In this document: in pieces, positions 28,195 to 37,433 of the stretch
Position numbering within the stretch: the first letter of the stretch is position 1
Layout: each line of letters opens with the position of its first letter
DNA from: a virus
Taxonomy: Duplodnaviria > Caudoviricetes
DNA: 56,728 nucleotides
Virus record (IMG/VR): IMGVR_UViG_3300014818_000012
Span: 1 to 56,728 of that record
Reading direction: 5' to 3' (one strand)
Notes under the pieces: model-generated
What the model saw: only the letters and a program-made list of their open reading frames with translations
What the model was told of the DNA's origin: nothing
Database searches by the model: none
Program-made: the position numbers and the translations under genes

Positions 28195-31100
28195 ATGACA
28201 AGTTGTACAAGCCCGAAGTTCCTTTTGGCGCAAGTGGAAGAACAAATTAGTATGCACGAGGTTCTTGCAGCAGACGATACCTTACAGGACGTGGACAGTA
28301 CTCCGCCATCGGAAACTCTGGATGAATTATACCTTGTGAGAAAAGCCTTACAGAAGGCAGAGCACGATCTAGTGCAGTCTCATGGTAAGTATAAACTTAG
28401 CTTGAAAGAGAAAAGTGACGCCGCTACTACAGCGTTTAAAAAAACGTTTGGTGCGGCCTTTAGCTTTACCCAAGGTACCGGTAACAAAGCTAGGGAAGGG
28501 TTGTTTAACAAAGCAGAAGTGGTGGATGGGGGAGTAAGAATTACCTTCACTCACGCAAAGAAAGTTAAAAGCTATACTTTTTCTTTGACTAGTGGGTCCC
28601 GTAGCACTAATAAAGGTAACACGTTTATTAATGTTGCAGGGTTCCGAGAGTTCCTGGATAACTATTTTCTTGAGCAAGATGCCATGAAAGCTTTACCAGA
28701 TATTTTTGGTAGTGAGCCTGGGGCAACACTTAATACAGATGACAAAAACCTAGAGGCGGACTACGTACATGGTGATGTAAAAAGTATGAGGGCAATGCTT
28801 AAAAAACTACACGTTATGGGTGGTGAGAAAGCCAGTGAAGCTGAACTAGACGAACACCTAGCTCTTGTAGATAAGATGGATCCTACGTTTTTCGAGTCTT
28901 TAAAGTTATATATAGAGGCTGAAGCTGATCGCTCTAATGGCGTAGTCAGTGCTAAGGCTATGAATATAAAGATAAAAGGCGCCCCAGCATCAATAGGGAA
29001 TCAACAGTCAGAAGCGTCTATTTACTTGGAAGAAGTAGTCCATTCAATGACTACTGCAGCTATAACCTCTAAAACTAAGAAGTCTGTCGCCCTTAAACGG
29101 CAGCTAGATCACTTAATAGAGTTGGGACGTGCACAGCTTACGTGGGAAGACTTTTTACCTCCTAGCAGCGAGTCTATTGACCCTGCAGTAGAAGAAGCCT
29201 ACGCGAAAAAGCTTTATAGCTACATATTTAACGCTGAAAATGCAGACTATGAATTCTTAGCTAAGGGTGTTGCACAGCCTTTAGTAGCTAAAGCATTATC
29301 AACAGTGCAGGTACGGGATAGGGGTGAAGTTAAAAGTATTCTTGAAAAGCTACAAATGTTTTTTTCTACTGTCATAGATATATTACTAGGCAATATTTCC
29401 GCTAAGAATAAAGATAGTAACGTAAAAGATGCCTTAATTTCTTTAGCCTATGAGCTTGGGGCTATTAACACCAAGAAAAGTCAAAAGTTGTTAGAGGCGC
29501 CTGGGTTCTTAGGAAGAGTTTATGACATTGTATTTAATGACACTGACAGAGTTGTTGCTGATGCTGTACATAAGGTAACTAAAAAAACTTTTGGCAAAGC
29601 TGCAGCTAAAGCATACCAACCTATGCCAGAAGACCTGTATGGCCGTGTAAAGTGGATGAGCAACAACATAAGGTTGTCCTTAGTAAACCCTACATATACT
29701 AAAGTAATGGGGGCATTGGCTAGCTCTTATGGCTTACGCCCAGACGGTACTGTACGTGAAATTGTTTCAGGACTCTTTGAGACTGAACCTGTACAGAAGA
29801 TAGCTGAATTTTTAGTACTACAAGCCGGTTACGTAGATAAGCAGCGTAACAACCAGGTAGGTATCACTAGAGATAGCGTACTTTCTATGTTTACAGAAGC
29901 TCCTACCAGAGAAGAGGAAGAAGCCCTAACGGAAATCTTAGCTGACACTGACCTAGCCTCGTTATTTGGTATGGCATCAAGTGCATCTGATAACAACTTA
30001 GTAGGTAAAAGGGTTTTTGACAACGCCACTGTACGGAAAATATTGACAGACGAAGACACACTAGACAAGTTTATTGCTGAAGCAAAACGAGCCTTAAGAG
30101 ACCTAGATCCCGCACACTATAACTGGCATACCAACCAAGCTGCTGGCCTGGGTATATACATGGCTAAGCACCAAGGTACTCCTGCACAAAACTTTAATGC
30201 AGAAAATATTGTTAAGGGTATTCACAGTGCCCATAGTAAGCAAGCTAATAAAAATACAGTGAGAGCTGTAGATGAGTTAGCTACGCTAGTCGCTATAAAG
30301 TATAGCGATGTAGGAGCACGTAACACTACAGCTGCCTTAATGAAGAAAGATTGGACAGGCGTACAGCACGTAGCCGATGTGGTTAAAGGGTTTAGTGCTA
30401 ACTCTAATGAAACAGTCTTTAAAGGTAAGAAAACTAACAAGATAAAAGGTTACAGCAGAGAAATTTACGACGATTCTATTATCGTGGAAACAGCCCTTCT
30501 AGAAGACCGAGAGGCTATGGAAGCCCAAGGATTTACCTTTAGGGGTAAGCTTTCTGCTAGGATAGGAGACGGTAGTAGAAAACCTATGGCTTTATACGTA
30601 ACTGATAGTATTAGTCGACCAGAACGATTACGTGGTGGGTTACGTTTAAACCAACTTAGAAGTAAAGGTACTACCGTTAGTTCTGCAGCTTACAAGCAAG
30701 GTGAAGGTTTTAGTAACAGCGTGATTAGAGAAAGATCTAAACGTGATATTAATGAGTTACAGAGAATAGCTACTGTTGACGCTAAAAAGATGGAGTCAGG
30801 AGAATTTACATTTAAAGATAGTATGTTTGGCGTATCCCCTATCATAAACGAAGACGGGAAAGTAGTTGACTACCGTTACATGATGGATAAAGAAACGAAG
30901 ACAAATATCCTTAAGCCAGATAGACGTATATCAGAAGTTATGGGTAGATCTTTTGGTAGTTTACTAGATAAAGAAATGAGTGCTGCACATAATGCAACTG
31001 TGTTAGAAACTATGAAAGAGGATATGGTACGTAGCTGGGAAAGTGGAAGCAAAGGAAAAGATGGACTAACAGACTTCACATTAGTTGGCCCTAACGTAGC

Positions 31101-32514
31101 TGACCCAGAAATGCGTAAGATGTACTACATGCTGCCTAGGGAGTTCCATGAGTTTATTAATTCTCGTGAAGATAAAACTTTGGCGGTACGCACTAGTTTA
31201 AAGAATGCCTACTTTGGGTACACCCAGTTGTCTATTACAGATTTTCCTGGGCTAAAATATATTACACCTAAGGTGGTGAGGAAAATTTTACGTGTCGCGG
31301 AAGTTATCTGGATGGAATTAGTACAGATAGCCAAAACAAATATCTTAATGAAAATGCCTACGGTTACTGTCAGTAACTTTATTTCTAACACAGTGTACTT
31401 ATTATCTAAAGGGTATAACCCTGTAGAAGTAATAACAATGCAGTTAGAGAGTTTTAAAGAGATTAAGAGTTATAACAAGCATACTAAAAGACTCCAAGCA
31501 TTGCAAAATAGAGAAGGGGAGATTGTTGCTGCTCTTACAAGGGACATGCTATCAAGTGCAAAACGTAAGGAGCTGTTAGCTGAAGAACGTAAGATAACTA
31601 TGCAATTGGGACGAAAGGACTTAAAACCTGCACGACGAGAAGAGTTGCTAAGACAAGATGGTAGAGTAAAAAAGGCTATTGTAGCTGATTCTACTATGGA
31701 TAAGAGAAAAAAAGCACTTAGCGTAGAGTTGAGTAGAGTAAAAGGGGAAGCTGCTAAGTTACGTGTTAGTATTAAAGATAGTCGTATAAATGAGTTAGTT
31801 GAGTTAGGTTTGGATCAGAGTGTAGAGGATATAACCTCTAATGTTGTGAGGGACACTAATAGAGTTAGCGAGTTTTTTGATAGTAAACTTGAAAAAGTTC
31901 CTACGGTGATACGTACGGGGGTAGATTACTTGTTTTTAACAAAACGTACTGTGCCTTACAAAGTGGTAAATGAGTTTTTAGAAATTACGGATTTGATGTC
32001 TAGGGATATTCAGAATACTTTTGAACAGCGTACTGAAGAAAAGCAGGTGAGAGGCAAGGAAAAACTACCTCGTTGGTGGTTGGATAAGCAGAAAGATGGG
32101 TACTTAGCTACGCAGACCTTAACAGGCGCAGAGCGTACAGCTTTCTTAAAAGAAGCAAAAAAGGTAAGGCACTATGATCTAGTTGAAGATTATATTAACT
32201 ATGCATTACCATCATCTAGCTTCGAGGAATACTTGAATAAAGTAGGTATTTTAATGTTTACTAAATACGTTAAACGTATTCAGCGTATTATTGTAAAAGC
32301 AGGTAGTAAAGGCCCTATAAAAGCTATAGTGACCCTAATGCTAGTAAGTATAGCGGCTGGACTACCCACTATTCATGAGCAGTCCTTTTTAGCTAAGGAG
32401 TGGTACACAAGCTCTATAGGGTTTGGAAATGTATTTCCAGTGTACGCCCCTACAGATATTTTGCTTAATGTATTTACCCCATCATTACTGAAAGAGTCTA
32501 CGTATCAGTTTTAA
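28195..32514 (+). CDS. Virion RNA polymerase C-terminal part encoded as a separate gene
   Basis: Zincin-like LEEVVH...EFLA segment and C-terminal YINY...YLNKVGILMF resemble the N4-like vRNAP C-terminal region; own AGGAA RBS. Confidence 0.8.
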   Translation: MTSCTSPKFLLAQVEEQISMHEVLAADDTLQDVDSTPPSETLDELYLVRKALQKAEHDLVQSHGKYKLSLKEKSDAATTAFKKTFGAAFSFTQGTGNKAREGLFNKAEVVDGGVRITFTHAKKVKSYTFSLTSGSRSTNKGNTFINVAGFREFLDNYFLEQDAMKALPDIFGSEPGATLNTDDKNLEADYVHGDVKSMRAMLKKLHVMGGEKASEAELDEHLALVDKMDPTFFESLKLYIEAEADRSNGVVSAKAMNIKIKGAPASIGNQQSEASIYLEEVVHSMTTAAITSKTKKSVALKRQLDHLIELGRAQLTWEDFLPPSSESIDPAVEEAYAKKLYSYIFNAENADYEFLAKGVAQPLVAKALSTVQVRDRGEVKSILEKLQMFFSTVIDILLGNISAKNKDSNVKDALISLAYELGAINTKKSQKLLEAPGFLGRVYDIVFNDTDRVVADAVHKVTKKTFGKAAAKAYQPMPEDLYGRVKWMSNNIRLSLVNPTYTKVMGALASSYGLRPDGTVREIVSGLFETEPVQKIAEFLVLQAGYVDKQRNNQVGITRDSVLSMFTEAPTREEEEALTEILADTDLASLFGMASSASDNNLVGKRVFDNATVRKILTDEDTLDKFIAEAKRALRDLDPAHYNWHTNQAAGLGIYMAKHQGTPAQNFNAENIVKGIHSAHSKQANKNTVRAVDELATLVAIKYSDVGARNTTAALMKKDWTGVQHVADVVKGFSANSNETVFKGKKTNKIKGYSREIYDDSIIVETALLEDREAMEAQGFTFRGKLSARIGDGSRKPMALYVTDSISRPERLRGGLRLNQLRSKGTTVSSAAYKQGEGFSNSVIRERSKRDINELQRIATVDAKKMESGEFTFKDSMFGVSPIINEDGKVVDYRYMMDKETKTNILKPDRRISEVMGRSFGSLLDKEMSAAHNATVLETMKEDMVRSWESGSKGKDGLTDFTLVGPNVADPEMRKMYYMLPREFHEFINSREDKTLAVRTSLKNAYFGYTQLSITDFPGLKYITPKVVRKILRVAEVIWMELVQIAKTNILMKMPTVTVSNFISNTVYLLSKGYNPVEVITMQLESFKEIKSYNKHTKRLQALQNREGEIVAALTRDMLSSAKRKELLAEERKITMQLGRKDLKPARREELLRQDGRVKKAIVADSTMDKRKKALSVELSRVKGEAAKLRVSIKDSRINELVELGLDQSVEDITSNVVRDTNRVSEFFDSKLEKVPTVIRTGVDYLFLTKRTVPYKVVNEFLEITDLMSRDIQNTFEQRTEEKQVRGKEKLPRWWLDKQKDGYLATQTLTGAERTAFLKEAKKVRHYDLVEDYINYALPSSSFEEYLNKVGILMFTKYVKRIQRIIVKAGSKGPIKAIVTLMLVSIAAGLPTIHEQSFLAKEWYTSSIGFGNVFPVYAPTDILLNVFTPSLLKESTYQF

Positions 32515-32543
32515 GCGTAGCTAATATGTGATAAGTTATAAAC

Positions 32544-32576
32544 ACTAGGGATAGGATTATTACGCCTATTCCTAGT
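32544..32576. terminator. Hairpin at the convergence of the late and replication blocks
   Basis: ACTAGGGATAGG-9 nt-CCTATTCCTAGT; lacks a clear U-tract. Confidence 0.5.
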
Positions 32577-32657
32577 AGATATGATATATACATAGACACT
32601 AAGACTACAGCTACTATAATAAGTAGCGTAAATACAACGCCAATAGACTGAAAGAGA

Positions 32658-32942
32658 CTAGTTATCATAATGATTAGTCCTTTTCGCTCTACTTATAAAC
32701 TTATGCAGAAAGCCTGTTTCCCCGCTAAAGAACTTGGGGGGGCTCGCAAAAAAGTAAATACTTATAAATAAGGACGCCACAGAACCTACAATAAGTCCTG
32801 CGTAAGACCCACTGAATAATGCCATAACAATTAACAATGTTAGCACATCAAAGACAGCGTCTTCCCAGCGTTTTCGATCCAGTTTAAGCTTAACAATAAT
32901 AAAGTTAATAGCTACTACAAGTCCAAGTACTAGAAATTCCAT
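32658..32942 (-). CDS. Small membrane protein
   Basis: Three hydrophobic segments; TAAGG RBS. Confidence 0.75.
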   Translation of the reverse strand: MEFLVLGLVVAINFIIVKLKLDRKRWEDAVFDVLTLLIVMALFSGSYAGLIVGSVASLFISIYFFASPPKFFSGETGFLHKFISRAKRTNHYDN

Positions 32943-32945
32943 ACC

Positions 32946-33293
32946 TTACCCCTTAGCTTCTTTGTAGGAGGCCCTGTAAAGAGTAGACGGGTCTTGCTTA
33001 GGGTCTTTCTCCCATTTACCCGTACTTTTATTAAGAGCGCCCTGTCGGCTTGTTATCTCTTTCAGCGTCTCTTCTAAGGCCGCTGTAGGATCATAACCTA
33101 GTTTATGTAGACCACCAACAGCCACTACAACAATATCACATAAGGCATCTACCATATCATAGGCATTGCCTTTACTGCTGGCTACCATAAATTCTTGCAA
33201 CTCCTCAAAAAGCATTGCGTATTCTGTACTGCTCTCAAAGTAGTTTAGGTTACGGTCTACGTTAAATTGTATGATACTCTCTATGGGGTGCAT
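32946..33293 (-). CDS. MazG-like/all-alpha nucleotide pyrophosphohydrolase
   Basis: EELQEF...DALCDIVVV motif. Confidence 0.8.
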   Translation of the reverse strand: MHPIESIIQFNVDRNLNYFESSTEYAMLFEELQEFMVASSKGNAYDMVDALCDIVVVAVGGLHKLGYDPTAALEETLKEITSRQGALNKSTGKWEKDPKQDPSTLYRASYKEAKG

Positions 33294-33514
33294 TGGTTAC
33301 ACCCCTTACTATAGAATATAGTTAGCACGCTTAGTAGACTTACTTCCTCGGCAGTAAGTACATCTTTCGATAACAGCCCATATATATGGTCTCCAGCTTC
33401 TTGCCGTAAAGAGACTCCAGTAGAGTCTTTTTTGCAAGTAGTTACTGCTGCAGCCTCAGTTAGGCCTGAAAGGGACCCTAGCATACCGTCAAATAGTGTT
33501 TCTTGATTAGGCAT
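33281..33514 (-). CDS. Hypothetical protein (77 aa)
   Basis: GAGGAG RBS; overlaps both neighbours. Confidence 0.65.
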   Translation of the reverse strand: MPNQETLFDGMLGSLSGLTEAAAVTTCKKDSTGVSLRQEAGDHIYGLLSKDVLTAEEVSLLSVLTIFYSKGCNQCTP

Positions 33515-34100
33515 CTGCTTCTCCTCTTATGTAACTAACACGATTTTCCCAACGGTCTGCTACTTCATCAGTGCCCATCCAAAGGTCAGTACCTTCAATG
33601 ACTTTACTCATCTCGTCGTCCGTAAGGAAACCCGAGTAGAAAGATGTAAATGCGTTGTTTAAGTGGTCGTCAGTAAACTTTTGTCGTGCTTTCATTTCAT
33701 GACCTTTTCCTGCCATGCCTCCTGAGTAGTTATGTATCATAAAAGACAAGTGCTGGCTGGCCACTACATCGTCACACGCCATAGATATTAAGGTGCCTGC
33801 TGATGCTACGGTACCAGATAGCTGCGCCACTACTCTAGCTTTGGAATTGCTAATAGCATTAGTGAGCATAAACGCAGAGTCTATGATACCCCCAGGAGTA
33901 TTGATATATAGGGTAACCTCTGTATCAGCACTAGCGGCTATAAGTAGATGACACAGCTCATTGTACATACAAGGTTCATCAATAGACCCAGTTAGGTACG
34001 CTTTAATTGTTTTTTCTTTAGCATCAACGACTATAGGGACAACAAGGTCCCAAATACGTGTAGGCTCTTTAGGTAGGTCGAAAAGTGATAAGTCTGACAT
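33507..34100 (-). CDS. ClpP-like serine protease
   Basis: INTPGG, ASAG (Ser), FMIH (His) and DLWM (Asp) motifs. Confidence 0.88.
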   Translation of the reverse strand: MSDLSLFDLPKEPTRIWDLVVPIVVDAKEKTIKAYLTGSIDEPCMYNELCHLLIAASADTEVTLYINTPGGIIDSAFMLTNAISNSKARVVAQLSGTVASAGTLISMACDDVVASQHLSFMIHNYSGGMAGKGHEMKARQKFTDDHLNNAFTSFYSGFLTDDEMSKVIEGTDLWMGTDEVADRWENRVSYIRGEADA

Positions 34101-34141
34101 GGTAATTTCCTTTTGTTTTTTGATGAATAAAGTGTGGTGGT

Positions 34142-34165
34142 AAAAAAGGGACCTAAGTCCCTTTT
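34142..34165 (-). terminator. Intrinsic terminator after nrdB
   Basis: AAAAAAGGGAC-ctaa-GTCCCTTTT. Confidence 0.85.
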
Positions 34166-34191
34166 GTTAGTTAGTTATGGTAAAAAGTACC

Positions 34192-35121
34192 TTAATAAAT
34201 AAAGTCTCCTTCCATTCCGGCAACTGCATAATCAGTTACACGTTTTTCAAAGAAGTTGGCTAGTGAGCTACCGTTGTTTAATTCGTCCATCCAACCTAAA
34301 GGGTTCGTAGTACTATTAAAATTAGGCTTTAGCCCTAGCTGAACTAGTCGTCTATCAGCTATAAACTCAATGTAAGCCTTAACGTCCTCTTTATTTAGTT
34401 TAGGCGGCTGGTAAGAACCAAAGGCAAACTCAACAAAGTTTTGTTCAAGCAGTACAATCTCACGTGCCATTGTGTAGATGTGCTTTTTGAAAGTGTCATT
34501 AACTTCTTTTGGGTTCTCGTCACACCAAGTACGGAACAACCATGCATTACCTTCAACATGAAGTGATTCATCACGTAAAGACCATTCATTGATTGTACAT
34601 GTACCTAGGTACTTACCCACACGCTCAAAGTTTTTAAGCATGACGAAAGAGCCAAATAAACTGACCCCTTCTAGTAGAATACCCTTAGCCAGCTTTAAAC
34701 CAAAGCTCTCAAAGGTACTATTTGCCATGTAAGAATCTTTTTCTAAGGTTTCCTGATGTACCAAGAAATCAGTATAGTAGCTATCTGGAAAGCCTAAAGA
34801 TTCATTTAAGTGTGCATAGCCTTCTTGGTGAATAAATTCACGGGCCATGAAACTAGTTAGCATGCCACGCACTTCATTGTTTTTAACCTTGTTGATTAAA
34901 GGCAAGTAGTTAGCGGCTACGTTAAAGTCGGACTGGGTAAATATGGATAAGATGTTCTTGATAAACTCTTTTTCCTCTAAAGAGGCTGACTTAAAGTCTT
35001 CCACATCTTTAGTCATCTCAACTTCTTTTACTATCCAATGGATATCCTCTGACTGAAGACGATATTCTTCAGCTTGAGGGTACCTTAGAGGCTTATACGT
35101 TCTACTTAGTTCTGTTAGCAT
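34192..35121 (-). CDS. nrdB: Ribonucleotide reductase class Ia beta subunit
   Basis: FTQSD, EFIHQEGY, EGVSLF, DESLH and NFFEKRVTDY motifs; start placed at ATG 35121. Confidence 0.95.
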   Translation of the reverse strand: MLTELSRTYKPLRYPQAEEYRLQSEDIHWIVKEVEMTKDVEDFKSASLEEKEFIKNILSIFTQSDFNVAANYLPLINKVKNNEVRGMLTSFMAREFIHQEGYAHLNESLGFPDSYYTDFLVHQETLEKDSYMANSTFESFGLKLAKGILLEGVSLFGSFVMLKNFERVGKYLGTCTINEWSLRDESLHVEGNAWLFRTWCDENPKEVNDTFKKHIYTMAREIVLLEQNFVEFAFGSYQPPKLNKEDVKAYIEFIADRRLVQLGLKPNFNSTTNPLGWMDELNNGSSLANFFEKRVTDYAVAGMEGDFIY

Positions 35122-35126
35122 GTCAA

Positions 35127-36854
35127 TTATCCTTCGCAAGCAAGACAAGTGTCTAGTGAGCCTTGTACGCCGTCTTTCAACGCGTTACGCTCAACCTTAA
35201 CATTAATCTTTTCGGTTTTTTTACTAGACTCAGTACGTAAATAGTACACCCCTTTAAGAGGTTGTCCTACATCGTCAGCGGGCTTAAAGGCACGTCTATG
35301 AACTGCATTAACATAACTTTTTGGTGCCCCAGAAGGGAAAAATATGTTAACTGACTGTCCTTGGCATAGGTACTCTTGACGGCTACGAGCCATCTCCACT
35401 ACCCAGTTCTGGTCAATCTCAAATCCAGTTTTAAAGATATCTTTTTGGTCAACTGATAAGAAGTCTAAATGTTGTACAGAACCATCTTTTTGCATAATGG
35501 AACTCCATGTACTCTCTGTATTTTGGTTGTAACTTTCCAACACAGGAACTAACGCTGGGCTCTTAACTAAAAAGCTACCAACCCTAGTTTTATGAGTATA
35601 GCAATTTGATGCTCTAGGCTCTATAGAAGGACTTACCCCTAAAATTATAGAGCTGTTGGCATTAGGTGCAATAGCAAGTAAATGCGTATTACGAACACCA
35701 TACCCTACAGCATCTGGAGCTTCACCACGTAGTTGAGCTAGTTCTTTTGTTTTGGTTAACGCTTGAGACTTAATATTGTTAAATATTCTTTTATTAACAG
35801 AGATAGCTAAGCTACTCTCAAAAGGTATATTATTAAACATTAAGTAGTCGTGAAAACCCATGGCACCTAGGCCTAGTGATCGTTCTCGAATAGCCGAGTA
35901 CTTTGTCTTCACTAGCTCACTTGGAGCATTGTCAATAAAGAACTGTAAAACGTTATCTAGCATCTCTATTAAATCACCGATAAACAACTTGTTATCTTGC
36001 CATTCATTAAACTTAACCAAGTTTACTGAAGACAAACAACATACCGCTGAACGATTTTCATCCGTAGGTAAGTGTATTTCATTACACAAATTACTTCCGT
36101 TAATCTTAAGACCTAGCGCACGTAGTGCTGGATGCATTTGACGGTTAGCTTCATCTAAGTAGTTAATGTAGGGTTCCCCAGTACGGAATCGAGTCGTTAA
36201 GATCTCTTCCCATATGTGACGAGCACGTACAACTTCTACGACTCTACCATCCTTTGTATCCAATAGTGACCATTCTAAATCATCATTAACCGCTTCAAGG
36301 AATGCATCATTGATGTTTACTCCGTGGTGGAGGTTAAGGTTTTTACGATTTAAGTCACCTGTGGGCGTACGCATCTTAATAAACTCAATAATTTCTGGAT
36401 GACTAACATCCAAGTATGCGGCATAGCTGCCTCTACGAGTTTTACCTTGACGGTACGCTACCATATCGGCATCTACGGTGTGTAGAAAACCATTAACACC
36501 TGGAGTTTTATCGGAGATTGATCTTACACTAGACCAATGACCTCCAACGCCACCTCCTTTAACAGATAGCCAACGTTCTTCGGTAGTGTGTGAACACAAC
36601 CCTTCGATGGTATCTGGTACATAAGTTAAAAAGCAGCTGATAGGCAAGCCTTTAACTTCTTCACCCGGTGCTGGGGCGTTACTGAGTATAGGTGAACTAA
36701 ACATAAACCATTCTTTTTTAAGATAGTCTTGCAGTCGTTCACTATGCCCGGAGTCTGTAGCATAACACTCACTAGCCCTTTTAAAAGCGTCATGAATGGA
36801 TTCATTTGGTCTACAGTAGTGTTTTTTAAGTAACTCTTTAGCGAAATCAAGCAC
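35127..36854 (-). CDS. nrdA: Ribonucleotide reductase class I alpha subunit (no ATP cone)
   Basis: PISCF, SNLCNEI, CCLSS, APNANSS, YYLR and C-terminal CLACEG. Confidence 0.96.
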   Translation of the reverse strand: MLDFAKELLKKHYCRPNESIHDAFKRASECYATDSGHSERLQDYLKKEWFMFSSPILSNAPAPGEEVKGLPISCFLTYVPDTIEGLCSHTTEERWLSVKGGGVGGHWSSVRSISDKTPGVNGFLHTVDADMVAYRQGKTRRGSYAAYLDVSHPEIIEFIKMRTPTGDLNRKNLNLHHGVNINDAFLEAVNDDLEWSLLDTKDGRVVEVVRARHIWEEILTTRFRTGEPYINYLDEANRQMHPALRALGLKINGSNLCNEIHLPTDENRSAVCCLSSVNLVKFNEWQDNKLFIGDLIEMLDNVLQFFIDNAPSELVKTKYSAIRERSLGLGAMGFHDYLMFNNIPFESSLAISVNKRIFNNIKSQALTKTKELAQLRGEAPDAVGYGVRNTHLLAIAPNANSSIILGVSPSIEPRASNCYTHKTRVGSFLVKSPALVPVLESYNQNTESTWSSIMQKDGSVQHLDFLSVDQKDIFKTGFEIDQNWVVEMARSRQEYLCQGQSVNIFFPSGAPKSYVNAVHRRAFKPADDVGQPLKGVYYLRTESSKKTEKINVKVERNALKDGVQGSLDTCLACEG

Positions 36855-36864
36855 TTTATGCCCC

Positions 36865-37257
36865 TTATTTTAGTTCTGTTATTGAGATTATAGCTCTCGG
36901 ATTATCTTTATCTGCGCCTAGTACTTTCCAAGAAGTGCCTAGGTGGTACTTAACGTTGTCGTTTATTACCGTTTTATTTTCTTGCAGCGCGTCTAGTGTG
37001 AATTTTTCTATTAGTGCTACTATGTTGGCTCCGTCACAAGAAGCGTTTTTATAGTATATTCCTATATCTAAGGAAAACTTACCCGTGAACTGAGCAGTAT
37101 CTAGTTGCTTCACTACCAGCTCATGAAAGTCTTTTTTCATTTTATTCTGCGCGTGAAAATGTGCGTTTCGATACCAGTTCATACCAACAAGGCATGTTTT
37201 ATCGTTCTTAGTTTTAAAATGTTGTGTCCAATATATTGGTAACTCTATGTCTATCAT
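36865..37257 (-). CDS. RusA-like Holliday junction resolvase
   Basis: DGAN...K...DAL...INDN motif; ATG 37257 with GAGAG RBS. Confidence 0.7.
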   Translation of the reverse strand: MIDIELPIYWTQHFKTKNDKTCLVGMNWYRNAHFHAQNKMKKDFHELVVKQLDTAQFTGKFSLDIGIYYKNASCDGANIVALIEKFTLDALQENKTVINDNVKYHLGTSWKVLGADKDNPRAIISITELK

Positions 37258-37272
37258 AATACTCTCAATTAA

Positions 37273-37412
37273 ATTAGGTCCAATGATTATCTGGCACCCC
37301 ATTGGGAAGGCTGAAAGGAATATTAACCCCTGCCACTACTTCGATTAGGTCGGTGATTATTGAGCACCCCACCGAAAAGGCTCAACAGGTATAAGGAGTC
37401 ACACCCTGCTCA
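37273..37412 (-). ncRNA. Two tandem copies of a structured (junction plus pseudoknot) RNA motif
   Basis: 71-nt period; conserved linkers with compensatory stem changes; G-U pairs favour the minus strand. Confidence 0.7.
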
Positions 37413-37433
37413 GAGAGTCTTTTATCCATCACC

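Noticed and set aside
619-31391. Numerous minus-strand ORFs within the late genes (e.g. 3016-3633, 10322-10798, 21801-22235)
   Set aside because: Antisense shadows of long genes with Ser/Leu-rich composition and no recognisable motifs
37273-37412. tRNA, CRISPR array, or HDV-like/hammerhead ribozyme
   Set aside because: No cloverleaf or T-loop; only two units, whose differences are compensatory; no P3/L3 of the HDV fold and no CUGAUGA/GAAA core
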